From NCBI GenBank assembly GCA_023133275.1, contig JAGLWU010000002.1:2440-66439 (forward strand): a stretch of DNA of 64,000 nucleotides, given 5' to 3'. Origin of the DNA: Candidatus Moraniibacteriota bacterium. Its GTDB lineage: Bacteria; Patescibacteriota; Minisyncoccia; Moranbacterales; GCA-2747515. Below, piece after piece: positions 51,805 to 61,322 of this stretch. Positions within the stretch are counted from its first letter, which is position 1. Every line of letters starts with the position of its first letter. Below the pieces are notes generated by a model, which worked only from the letters and a program-made list of their open reading frames with translations, made no database searches and was not told where the DNA came from. Both the position numbers and the translations under genes were made by a program.

Positions 51805-52005
51805 GCTTTTAGAAAAAAATAAAAGTTTAGTTTTAGGTTATTTAAGCATTTTGTAAATAAGTGTTGGACAAAAAATATAACCTTTGTATTTAAAAAATTT
51901 GAAAACATAGACTTTTTATAATTTTTTATTTTATAAAATAAATCTGTTTAGATAATTTTTAAATAAGTTTAGTAAATTTAATTTATCCTTAATATTGTAA
52001 AGAAA

Positions 52006-53919
52006 ATGAATAAGTTACAAAAAAATGCATCGTTAATTGTGCTTTTATTATTATTGATAGGATCTTTTGTGATTTTATCTCAAAGTAATAAAAAAGAGAT
52101 TGAAGAAATAACACTTACTAAGTTAGTTGCCGAAATTAATGAAGAAAAAGTCAAAACTATAGAAATAAACGGTGAAAAAATTTCTATCCAATTAAATGAT
52201 GAAACAAAACAGAAAACTAATAAAGAATTAAATACCTCTCTTTCAGAAACTTTAACTAATCTGGGTGTAAATAAAGAAAGTTTTAATAAAGTAGCTATTA
52301 ATAGTAAGGCGCCTTCTTCAGCTTCATTTTGGATAGGGACATTAATTCCTTTTATCTTCATAATTCTTATTATAGGAAGTATTTGGTTTATGATGAAAAA
52401 AGCCATGCGAGGTAATAGTCAAGCACTTTCATTTGGAAATAGCAAAGCTCGAATGATTGACCCAAAAGATAAAAATAAAAAAATCACCTTTAAAGATGTA
52501 GCTGGAAACAAAGAAGGTAAAGAAGAATTAGGAGAGGTGGTTGATTTTCTTAAAGAACCGAAGAAATTCCAAAAATTAGGAGCTAAAATTCCAAAAGGCG
52601 TGTTACTTTTAGGAAAACCTGGAACTGGAAAAACCTTAATGGCAAAAGCAGTAGCTGGTGAAGCTGGCGTTCCCTTTTTCTCAATCAGTGGTTCAGAATT
52701 TGTGGAAATGTTTGTTGGTGTGGGAGCAAGTCGAGTACGAGACCTTTTTAAACAAGCAAAGAAAAAAGCACCTGCGATTGTATTTATTGATGAAATTGAT
52801 GCAGTTGGACGACATCGTGGAGCTGGTATGGGCGGTGGAAATGATGAAAGAGAACAGACTTTGAATCAGATTTTAGTGGAAATGGATGGTTTTGAAGATA
52901 ATGCCAACGTTATCGTTATCGCAGCAACTAACCGTCCAGATGTTCTTGATCCAGCTTTGCTACGACCAGGACGTTTTGACCGTCGAGTTACTATCGATCT
53001 CCCAGACATTAAAGATCGAATAGAAATTTTAAAAATCCATGCACGAGGTAAAAAAATGGAAAAAGATGTTGATTTAGAGCAAATTGCGCAAAGAACTCCT
53101 GGTTTTTCTGGAGCAGACTTAGCTAATTTAATGAATGAGGGAGCTTTACTAGCAGGAAGAGAAAATCTTTCAGAAGTAAAAATGGATAATTTGATTGAAG
53201 CAATTGAAAAAGTTCTTCTTGGACCAGCTCGAAAAAGCCGTCATTTAGATAAACAAGAAAAGAAAATCACAGCTTATCATGAAGCAGGACATGCTTTAGT
53301 TGGTGCGAGCTTGAAAAATGCTGATCCTGTTCATAAAGTTTCTATCATTTCTCGAGGTTCTGCAGGCGGTTATACACTATCAGTTCCTGAAAAAGATCAA
53401 ACTTTACATTCAAAAGCTTACTTTTTAGACAGATTAGCAGTGTTATTAGGTGGTTATGTAGTTGAAAAAATGGTTTTTGGTGATACTACAACTGGACCTT
53501 CTAGTGATTTAGAGAGAGCTACCCATACTGCTCGAAGTATTGTTACTCGTTACGGAATGAGTGAATTAGGTGCAAGAACTTTCGGTAAAAATAATGATTT
53601 AGTTTTCTTAGGTAAAGATAGTACAGAAGAACGTGATTATTCTGATAAGACTGCTGAACAAATTGATCGAGTTGTTTCAGAATTTATTGAAAATGCTCGA
53701 AAGGTTGCTGAAGAAATCGTTACTGAAAAACGTGATTTATTGGATAAAATTTCTAATGTTTTATTGGAAAAAGAAACTATCGAGAAGGATGAGTTCAATT
53801 CGATTATAGAAGGAAAAGAATATATTCCTGAGGTAAAAGTTGAAAAGGTTGAGGAAAATGAAGAAATTAAAGAAATTAAAGAAGTTGAAGAAGTTGAAGA
53901 AGCTGAAGATTCAAAATAG
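52006..53919 (+). CDS. ftsH: ATP-dependent zinc metalloprotease FtsH
   Basis: [28 protein letters not shown]. Confidence 0.98.
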   Translation: MNKLQKNASLIVLLLLLIGSFVILSQSNKKEIEEITLTKLVAEINEEKVKTIEINGEKISIQLNDETKQKTNKELNTSLSETLTNLGVNKESFNKVAINSKAPSSASFWIGTLIPFIFIILIIGSIWFMMKKAMRGNSQALSFGNSKARMIDPKDKNKKITFKDVAGNKEGKEELGEVVDFLKEPKKFQKLGAKIPKGVLLLGKPGTGKTLMAKAVAGEAGVPFFSISGSEFVEMFVGVGASRVRDLFKQAKKKAPAIVFIDEIDAVGRHRGAGMGGGNDEREQTLNQILVEMDGFEDNANVIVIAATNRPDVLDPALLRPGRFDRRVTIDLPDIKDRIEILKIHARGKKMEKDVDLEQIAQRTPGFSGADLANLMNEGALLAGRENLSEVKMDNLIEAIEKVLLGPARKSRHLDKQEKKITAYHEAGHALVGASLKNADPVHKVSIISRGSAGGYTLSVPEKDQTLHSKAYFLDRLAVLLGGYVVEKMVFGDTTTGPSSDLERATHTARSIVTRYGMSELGARTFGKNNDLVFLGKDSTEERDYSDKTAEQIDRVVSEFIENARKVAEEIVTEKRDLLDKISNVLLEKETIEKDEFNSIIEGKEYIPEVKVEKVEENEEIKEIKEVEEVEEAEDSK

Positions 53920-53928
53920 ATTTTATTT

Positions 53929-53956
53929 GTAGGGAACGCAGATCTGCGTTCCCTAC
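53929..53956. repeat. GTAG-REP palindrome 5' of tRNA-Val
   Basis: gtagggaacgcagatctgcgttccctac, perfect palindrome. Confidence 0.85.
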
Positions 53957-53961
53957 GAAAT

Positions 53962-54035
53962 GCGCGTGTAGCTCAGTTGGTTAGAGTGCTTGCTCGACAC
54001 GCAAGAGGTCTCAGGTTCGAATCCCGACACGCGCA
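53962..54035 (+). tRNA. tRNA-Val (GAC)
   Basis: GCGCGTG...CTTGC TCGACAC GCAAG...GGTTCGAATCC..CACGCGCA cloverleaf. Confidence 0.9.
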
Positions 54036-54041
54036 CAAATA

Positions 54042-54076
54042 AAAGTAGGGACTAGTCATTGGCTAGCCCCTACTTT
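54042..54076. repeat. GTAG-REP palindrome 3' of tRNA-Val (may also act as terminator)
   Basis: aaagtagggactagtca t tggctagcccctacttt. Confidence 0.75.
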
Positions 54077-54090
54077 AATATTAAAATATT

Positions 54091-55254
54091 TTACCGATTT
54101 CCTTTCGCTCGATTGTGAGTTTTACATAACATCTGACAATTTTCAACTGAAGTAGCTCCATTTTTACTCCAAGCTGTAACATGATCAGCATCCATTTCTG
54201 TCAACTTCCAAATTTTATTCTTATTAGCGTCATGTCCAATAGCACAATGTGAACAATTTGATTTATTTTCATTTTTGGCTATTTCTGTTTGTTTTGCATA
54301 AACTAATTTTTTAGTCGCTTCATCAAAAATTCGAACATTTAGCAATTTTGTGTCAACTGAACCACCAAGAATATATTCAAAAATACCTTTACGATTTTTA
54401 ATATACGGATCAGCATAAAGTTTATGTACTTCCGCAGAAACTTTAGCTGGATCATAAGATTTTTTGTGATATTCCTCATACAATCGCCCCCATTCCAATC
54501 CACGCATTTCGCTTTCAACATCTTCAAACACGCCTGAAACCCAATCGATCACACTGTTAAAATAAGTTTTTAATTCATTGATAGTATCATCGTTACGGTG
54601 GCTACTCATATAATCTCCAATATTATTTTCACTAACCCAATCTAAAGCTTGTTCTAAAAATTCTTGTCGGTTGGCACTTCCTTTTATGTAAGCATTCCAT
54701 TTTTGAATATTAGCATTTTGACTATTACTAAATTCTTCTTTGGCGAGAGTTACAAATTGTCCGGAATAAACAGCGTTTAATAATTCTTGATTATTTAAAG
54801 GAACTCCAGCAATATTAATTGTTTTAAACCATTCTTTGATTTCACTTTCACTTCCCTCGCATTGATAAATTAAAAGCTCAGTTTCTAAAATCTTTTTTTG
54901 TTTATCTTCGGCGATTCCGCTGAAATATTGTTCCATACCGTTTTCGTCTTTGATGGCGAATTTATTGGATACGAATCGTCCGATACTAGTAATGCGTTGT
55001 TGTCCATCTAAGACTTCTAAATTGTCATCATCAATTTTATTGAAGTAAATTAATCCTAGTGGATAGCCTTTTAAAATTGATTCGATTACGGCTACATCTT
55101 TTTTACCATCAGCATAAATGTAGTTTCGTTGGTATTCTGGTTGGATAGTTAGTTTTCCTGATAGTCCAAATAATCCTTTGCCTTCGAGTTCGTTATAGAT
55201 AAATCCTTCGCAGATGTCTTTTATGGTGATGTTAGTTTTTAGGGTTGTTTTCAT
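54091..55254 (-). CDS. DUF262 (GmrSD N-terminal, ParB/Srx fold) + HNH endonuclease
   Basis: [22 protein letters not shown]; C-terminal CSHC...[25 protein letters not shown]. Confidence 0.92.
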   Translation of the reverse strand: MKTTLKTNITIKDICEGFIYNELEGKGLFGLSGKLTIQPEYQRNYIYADGKKDVAVIESILKGYPLGLIYFNKIDDDNLEVLDGQQRITSIGRFVSNKFAIKDENGMEQYFSGIAEDKQKKILETELLIYQCEGSESEIKEWFKTINIAGVPLNNQELLNAVYSGQFVTLAKEEFSNSQNANIQKWNAYIKGSANRQEFLEQALDWVSENNIGDYMSSHRNDDTINELKTYFNSVIDWVSGVFEDVESEMRGLEWGRLYEEYHKKSYDPAKVSAEVHKLYADPYIKNRKGIFEYILGGSVDTKLLNVRIFDEATKKLVYAKQTEIAKNENKSNCSHCAIGHDANKNKIWKLTEMDADHVTAWSKNGATSVENCQMLCKTHNRAKGNR

Positions 55255-55500
55255 TATATTTGTAAAAATTGATTAAAGTTTTTCTTTTTATCTTAAACTA
55301 TGCACTAATTTTATGATATTTTGTGTATAATTGCAAACCTTTGCACAATTTTTTAGTTTTTTTGTACATAGTTTCGGGTCTTTGCACCATTGTGGTGCAG
55401 ACTTGTAATTTTATAGCATCAAATTTGCAAGTATTTTTATTTATAGTTGCAAAAAACGCTAAATTTGTAAGTATAGAAAATTATAGTCTCAAATTTGCAA

Positions 55501-55576
55501 CTATTATTTCTTATAGTCTCTAAAATTACATTATTAGAGACTATTATTCCTTATAGTCTCTAAAATTACATTATTA
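55501..55576. repeat. Tandem 36-bp duplication (40-bp period) at the Fic stop codon with ATAGTCTC/GAGACTAT palindromes
   Basis: ctattatt(t/c)cttatagtctctaaaattacattatta at 55501 and 55541. Confidence 0.85.
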
Positions 55577-56645
55577 TTTTTATAAGATCATCAAAAAAAT
55601 AGGTTTTATTTTTATTTTTACCGTTATCAGAAATTATTTTTTTATCCTTTAAAAATTTTAAAATTTTAAAAGTATTTGATTTGGGTATTTTAGTTTTAAC
55701 TATGAAGTCCCTTGAATCAAAAAGAGGCATTGAAAAAAGAAAGTCTAAAACTTTAAAATTATTTTTAGGTGTTGGAATATCTACTATTTTATCTTTCAAG
55801 TCGTCATGTAATTTTAAAATTTCTTGTACTTTATTGATATTTTTTATTGACTGTTTTTCTGTTGCAATAAGAAAAAACTTTATCCAGTTTTCCCAATCAT
55901 TATTTTTAGAAATATCTTGTAATCTTTCATAATATTCATCTCTGTGAGTTTCGAAGTACTCACTTAAATAAAACATTGGAGAATGTAGAACTTTTTTATA
56001 GTACAAAAATAGTGGCATTAAAATTCTTCCCGTCCTTCCATTTCCATCCCAAAAAGGATGAATAATTTCAAATTGTGCATGTACTATTGCTAATTGCACT
56101 AAAAAATCTTTTTCATCAAAATGAATATATTTTTCAAATTCTGAAAAGTATTTTTCTATTTCTTGAGGTTCAGGTGGAATATGACTTGCACCTTCAATGC
56201 CCAATCCTTGTTTACCGATAAAAACAGATCCCGTTCTAAATTTTCCAGGTTCTTTTCCGTCTCCTCTTGCTCCTTGTAAAAGTATTTTGTGAATTTTTTT
56301 GATAAGCCTTGTGGAAAGTGGTAATTCATCTAATTTTTCAATTGCCATATTCATGGCTTTTCTGTAATTGATAATTTCTTGAATGTCTTCGTATTTTTCT
56401 GTCTTCTTTTTTGGATTAGCTTCAAATTCTAAAACTTCTTCTAGCGTTGCTTGAGTTCCTTCAATTTTTGAGGATAAAACAGCTTCTTTTGTGGAAAGTG
56501 GGGAAAGTAAAATTTTGGCATTTGGAATGCTTTGTAAAAATCCATCAAATTTTGCTACGGCACGATTTGCTCCTCCAATGTGTTGAACGAAGTCTTCCCA
56601 GTTTAGTTTTTCTAATGGTAGTTTGTGTGGCTTAAATGATTTCAT
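55566..56645 (-). CDS. Fic family protein (N-terminal DUF4172-like region, C-terminal HTH)
   Basis: EAVLSSKIEGTQ, HPFWDGNGRTGR. Confidence 0.93.
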   Translation of the reverse strand: MKSFKPHKLPLEKLNWEDFVQHIGGANRAVAKFDGFLQSIPNAKILLSPLSTKEAVLSSKIEGTQATLEEVLEFEANPKKKTEKYEDIQEIINYRKAMNMAIEKLDELPLSTRLIKKIHKILLQGARGDGKEPGKFRTGSVFIGKQGLGIEGASHIPPEPQEIEKYFSEFEKYIHFDEKDFLVQLAIVHAQFEIIHPFWDGNGRTGRILMPLFLYYKKVLHSPMFYLSEYFETHRDEYYERLQDISKNNDWENWIKFFLIATEKQSIKNINKVQEILKLHDDLKDKIVDIPTPKNNFKVLDFLFSMPLFDSRDFIVKTKIPKSNTFKILKFLKDKKIISDNGKNKNKTYFFDDLIKIIM

Positions 56646-56709
56646 GTATTTTAATTATTTATTTAAAAATTTATACTTTGAAACGATTATTTTTATTATA
56701 AAGGAATTT

Positions 56710-56790
56710 TGTCATCCTGAAAAATTATTTTGTAGTTTGCCTTTGTCGGCAGACAGGCGTAGCGGAGAAATTATTTATTTGGGATCTGGG
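56710..56790. repeat. Partial TGTCATCCTGAA composite repeat between CBASS and Fic
   Basis: tgtcatcctgaaaaattattt...ggatct. Confidence 0.6.
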
Positions 56791-56827
56791 ATGAACGCAA
56801 AACTTTAATTTTAAAATAGCTTATAAA

Positions 56828-57457
56828 CTAATTTTTATTTAAAACAATCTTTCCTCTAGTTTTTCTATTTTCATCATTTCCATAGAATCCAGTAATAACA
56901 CTTTCTTTATCTTCGTTAAAAAATAAAACGGCAAAACCATTATGTTCCACAAAACCAGTCGGAATCATTTTTGGATCTTCAGGATTATTTTTATAATGAT
57001 AACCTATCATCCAATTTTTCTTATTATTCTTATCTTGCTTCAAAAAACTAAACGTACTTTCAAATCCTGACTTATCAAAATCACCAGAAAAACTAAAACC
57101 ATTAATAATTTTTTTAATGACAATATCTTTTCCAATCACTTTAGTTTCATACTCTTCCGTATCCCAATTAAATTTATAGGAACTCCAACATTTCATTGTC
57201 CAACTTCCATCAATTTTAGGATATTCTTGAAAACCTAATTGAATAAATATTTTCTTAAAAACCCAATATTTCCATAAATACTTTTCATATAAAATATGAA
57301 GCCCATAAACTATTAAAAAAATAATACTTGATACTATACCATATTTCCAAATATTATATTTAGGATCTATCAAGATGATCTTTTCATTCAAATAATATAA
57401 TACAAAAGTTAAAATTATTATTAATATAATTGCTTTTTTTAAATTTAATTTAGCCAT
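56828..57457 (-). CDS. cap15: CBASS Cap15-like effector (2TM + beta-barrel)
   Basis: Two N-terminal TMs, YLWK, PKIDGSW, YKNNP, HNG, GFYGND..TRG; directly downstream of a CD-NTase. Confidence 0.82.
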   Translation of the reverse strand: MAKLNLKKAIILIIILTFVLYYLNEKIILIDPKYNIWKYGIVSSIIFLIVYGLHILYEKYLWKYWVFKKIFIQLGFQEYPKIDGSWTMKCWSSYKFNWDTEEYETKVIGKDIVIKKIINGFSFSGDFDKSGFESTFSFLKQDKNNKKNWMIGYHYKNNPEDPKMIPTGFVEHNGFAVLFFNEDKESVITGFYGNDENRKTRGKIVLNKN

Positions 57458-57469
57458 CGTTGTTATTTT

Positions 57470-58387
57470 TTAATCATTACAAAAATCAGCAATCGCAATT
57501 ATAAATTTATAAGTATTCTCTAAATCCCACATTTTATCAGAAAATAGCATATCTTGACCATTAGCACATTCATAATTTTTTATATTTTCATTTTTTATAT
57601 CATTTGACCAATTTCGAATTATTTTAATAAGCATATCTTGATAGCTTCCATTAAAAATTTCAATTGGAGAATTATAAACTAAATTTTCAACAAAGTATGA
57701 CGGTGCTGAATCTTTCTCTATCTTCATATCTTGCAAAAGTTTTTTCTTCATATTTTTAAAAATACGAACAACAGATTTAAATTTTCCGTTTGTTCTGTCA
57801 TTTAAAGAACTACAATTTTTTAAATGCTCTTTTGGATAATTAATAATAACTTCTCTTGTTCCAGAATTAAATAACTTAATTCCAGGAATATAACTTTTAT
57901 TATTTAAGGAAATAAATCTTTCATATTTTTTATGTTTAAAAGCAGGCACAACATCAGCATTAACTCTATAAGTATTAGCTGGAACTTTTAAACTCTTATT
58001 ATCAAATTTAATTGAGGTGTCAAAATACATTTCAAGCACTTCATGTACATCTTTTTTAAATTTATGGAAATCATACTCAGAGCTATCATAGGAAATTTTA
58101 AAAACTTCTTTTTCTATTTCACTTAAATGATTTATATCGTAAGAAAAAGATTTCTCTAATTGAATAACAACATCAACATCGCTATCAACTTTTATATTAG
58201 TGCTATTCGCATAAGAGCCCTGTAAATATATTTCACAATCAGAAGATTCTATTGAATAATTATGGTTTTTAGAAACTACATGAGAAATATATTTATCTAA
58301 AGCCTCTCTAATTTGTTTGTGTGTATGTATATATCTTGTCGCAACAGGTACATTTGCCCAAGTGCTTAATTGTTGTTCTGTAATCAT
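57470..58387 (-). CDS. cdnE: CBASS cGAS/DncV-like nucleotidyltransferase (CdnE-like)
   Basis: YLQGSYANSTNI..DSDVDVV, ADVVPA, IINYPKEH, FKSVVRIFKN, APSYFVENLVYN. Confidence 0.88.
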   Translation of the reverse strand: MITEQQLSTWANVPVATRYIHTHKQIREALDKYISHVVSKNHNYSIESSDCEIYLQGSYANSTNIKVDSDVDVVIQLEKSFSYDINHLSEIEKEVFKISYDSSEYDFHKFKKDVHEVLEMYFDTSIKFDNKSLKVPANTYRVNADVVPAFKHKKYERFISLNNKSYIPGIKLFNSGTREVIINYPKEHLKNCSSLNDRTNGKFKSVVRIFKNMKKKLLQDMKIEKDSAPSYFVENLVYNSPIEIFNGSYQDMLIKIIRNWSNDIKNENIKNYECANGQDMLFSDKMWDLENTYKFIIAIADFCND

Positions 58388-58405
58388 ATTTTTAAAATTA
58401 AAAAA

Positions 58406-59458
58406 TTATTTTCCCCTATGTTTAATAAAAATTCTCTTAAAAGTTTCTTTACCATTTAAATATAAGCCTTTTCCAAAAATTCCGTTCGGATCTTGATCTA
58501 CTCCTCGATTTGATCCAATTAATTCAAACTGCTCAGGAGAATATTTATTAAGAAAACTAATCGGCACACCCATCACCCCATCAAAATCACTCGGAATATT
58601 TTTCACTAATGAAACCTCTATTGCATTATAATTATCATATTTTTCAAAGGGTTTTTTTGTTACAAACTTCATTATTTCTGATTCAGTCATTAACGATAAA
58701 GGTTGATGACGTTTACCATGATCAATATTAGTAAACCAGATTGTTCCAGCAACAAACGCATATTTATTCCCATCTTCTTCTTTGTGAAAATTTTCATAAC
58801 TATCAGGAACTTGATACCATACATTTCGTCCATCATTTTTTCCAGCACCAATCCACATTTTATTTTCCTTAATCAATGGAAAAACCTCCTTATAAGTAAT
58901 CGCATTCATATTCCCAATAATCACAAACAACTTCCCCGCCTCCACAATCCACCCCAAAAAATCCCGAAACAACGAAAACGGCGGATTCGTAATAATTACA
59001 TCAGCCTCATCCCGCAACACCTTAATCTCATCACTCCCAAAATCACCATCCCCCTTCAAATAACTCCATTCCAAATCATCAACATCCACTTTACCATCGC
59101 CCGTCTTATCATGCATCAAAGTAAAAATCTTCCCATGCTTTTCAGTCTTACTTTCATCAAACTGCGGATCATCCGTTTCAAAAAGAGTCGGTTGATAATT
59201 ATTTTTACAATTCTTACTTTCCGTTGCATAACTAGTACTAATCAATTTTTTCAAACCAAACCTCTCAAAATTTTGAGCAAAAAACTTAGTAAAATTACTC
59301 CATTCCGGATCATCACACGGCAATAAAATAGTCTTATTTCGAAAAACATCAGGATTATACTCAATATAAGCGTTAATTTCTTTTTCAATATCATGATACT
59401 GAGTATAAAACTCATCATTCTTTGCTTTCTTTGCATTTGTGAGATTGCTATTTGCCAT
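58406..59458 (-). CDS. Adenine-specific DNA methyltransferase, EcoRI family
   Basis: AKNDEFYT, LPCDDP..SNF, GDGDF, TNPPFSLFR, WFTNIDH, GVMGVPISFL. Confidence 0.92.
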   Translation of the reverse strand: MANSNLTNAKKAKNDEFYTQYHDIEKEINAYIEYNPDVFRNKTILLPCDDPEWSNFTKFFAQNFERFGLKKLISTSYATESKNCKNNYQPTLFETDDPQFDESKTEKHGKIFTLMHDKTGDGKVDVDDLEWSYLKGDGDFGSDEIKVLRDEADVIITNPPFSLFRDFLGWIVEAGKLFVIIGNMNAITYKEVFPLIKENKMWIGAGKNDGRNVWYQVPDSYENFHKEEDGNKYAFVAGTIWFTNIDHGKRHQPLSLMTESEIMKFVTKKPFEKYDNYNAIEVSLVKNIPSDFDGVMGVPISFLNKYSPEQFELIGSNRGVDQDPNGIFGKGLYLNGKETFKRIFIKHRGK

Positions 59459-60001
59459 ATTTATGAATTACACGATTAAATTACATTTTTACTTTTAAAA
59501 ATATTCATTAATATTAAACATAAAAATACAATTTTGTCAAATAAAAACTGTTTACTATAAAAATAAATTTACATTAATCCATTATGTAATATAGCATAAA
59601 ATGTCTATTAAAGCAATAGTAAAAGTAGTAATTCCTTACGTTTATCTTCTTGAAAAAAACCATTCTTTTTCAAAATAAATTTTAAAAAAATCAGAAAAAA
59701 TATTTATTTGGTGCTATATTAGGTATGTTATATTTAAAATAATGCAAATGTGTCGTTAAAATCCGATACTAATTAATTTTTAGCATATTCCCCGCTGTGG
59801 ACATAAAATAATCTCTAAAATATATAAGTTGCAATGAAAATAAAATAAATACTTTTGTAGCAATTTTAAATCAAAAAGATGGCATAACAGTTTATTCATA
59901 TTAAGTCAATCCTTTAATTTACCAAAATCCACAATTTATAAATATCTGGATTTCATATTGATAAAAACAGTTTTTTCAAGGTTTTTGTTAATTTTGTTGA
60001 A

Positions 60002-60299
60002 TTAAGGTTGAAAAAGAATATTTGGATAAATATTTCATTATCTGAAAAAAAGATAATTTGATTTAAAGGAAAATAAGTTTATGGGACATCTTAATCCTAA
60101 AAAATCTTTACGAGAAATTAGAATTTTACCAAAAAATATTGATTTTACGATGGGTTATGGTATTTATGGTAATGAAGTAGCTTTTATTCCATCACAAAGG
60201 GAAAATTATGATTAGGTGATTGATAGTAAAGAATTGGGTGAAACGATGAAGAATCATTTTGATTATTTCTGGGGAATTTCTAAAAAGTATATAAAATAA
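60002..60299 (+). pseudogene. Remnant of the C-terminal domain of a TrmB-like regulator
   Basis: LREIRILPKNIDFTMGYGIYGNEVAFI...YD*VIDSKELGETMKNHFDYFW; stop at 60213; N-terminal HTH missing. Confidence 0.6.
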
Positions 60300-60328
60300 T
60301 CTATTTGTTGGGTTTTTGTTAAATTCTT

Positions 60329-60564
60329 TGTTCCACGTGGAACAATTGTGATAAAAAAAGGTATAATTGTTCCACGTGGAACATTAAAATATATTTAAAA
60401 CAAAAAATTGTTCCACGTGGAACAATTTTTGGTATTTATTAGTTTTATTTGAATTAGTGAATAGTTTTCGTAGCAAACGGTTTGAAACCGTTCACCACAA
60501 TAATTATAAGAAATTTATTAATTTTGTTGTCTCTTTTTTTATATATTTTGTTCCACGTGGAACA
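60329..60564. other. Cluster of four parS sites (TGTTCCACGTGGAACA)
   Basis: Perfect 16-bp palindrome at 60329, 60368, 60409, 60549, close to the ParB parS consensus TGTTNCACGTGAAACA. Confidence 0.85.
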
Positions 60565-60590
60565 ATTTGAGTATTCAATTTACAAATGAT

Positions 60591-61073
60591 CTATTTTTTC
60601 CATTTATTCATTGAAACAAATAATTTTCGATGTGTGATAAAAATTAATACCATTCCGGAAGCAAATATTAACCAAAATATTGCAATTGAAAATGGCCAGA
60701 TAGGTGCATTTAAATGTATTTTTTCAGTTTTACTGCTTAATTTATCTTTTATTAAAACAGTATTAAATGGTGTAACACTATAAATTTTGTTATCTGTTTT
60801 AAAATAATTCTTCTGAGTCATGTGGTATTTTAATTGTAATTCTTTCTGATTAAATTCTTTTTCTTGAGAAATTAGACTGCCTTTATTAAAAACAAAATAA
60901 TTACCATTAGAATCTACAACTACTCCATTTTTACCATTAAGAGGGGTTTTTGTAATTTCGTGAGATCTTCCTTGAAATGAGTTTGATACAAAACCTATAA
61001 GCCCAAATAAAGCTAGAAAAAAACCAAATAAGGTTAGAACAGTTTTAAAGACTACTTTGTTAGTTAAAATCAT
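60591..61073 (-). CDS. Hypothetical protein with N- and C-terminal TMs
   Basis: 160-aa ORF. Confidence 0.65.
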   Translation of the reverse strand: MILTNKVVFKTVLTLFGFFLALFGLIGFVSNSFQGRSHEITKTPLNGKNGVVVDSNGNYFVFNKGSLISQEKEFNQKELQLKYHMTQKNYFKTDNKIYSVTPFNTVLIKDKLSSKTEKIHLNAPIWPFSIAIFWLIFASGMVLIFITHRKLFVSMNKWKK

Positions 61074-61193
61074 AGAAAGTTTATATTAAAATTTATTATT
61101 GATAATTCAATTATACTATCATTTAAAACTTAAATCAAACAAATATTACAAAATGTCAACAAAAACCCAGTTGTAGTCAACATTCACAATAAA

Positions 61194-61209
61194 CCACAAC
61201 ATATAGTAT
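61194..61209 (+). promoter_or_regulatory. Probable NrdR box
   Basis: ccacaacatatagtat resembles acaCwAtATaTwGtg; upstream of nrdD. Confidence 0.6.
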
Positions 61210-61322
61210 ATTTCCCAATTCTTGTGGATATGTCTACAATATTCACCAAAAAAAGTATGCTATAATAATTTCAAGTAAGTAAGGGCAATCCCCTTTATTT
61301 TTTTAACTAAAAAACACAAACT

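Noticed and set aside
55482-55576. Mini CRISPR array
   Set aside because: Units are adjacent near-identical duplications without unique spacers
58703-59326. 207-aa antisense ORF (also 33473-33823)
   Set aside because: Shadow ORFs created by the local G/T codon skew, which depletes stops on the opposite strand
60329-60564. CRISPR array
   Set aside because: Repeats are only 16-18 bp perfect palindromes matching parS, spacing is irregular and no cas genes are present
59460-61320. oriC
   Set aside because: AT-rich and next to parS, but only mismatched DnaA-box-like words were seen and there is no dnaA/dnaN; unsupported without skew analysis
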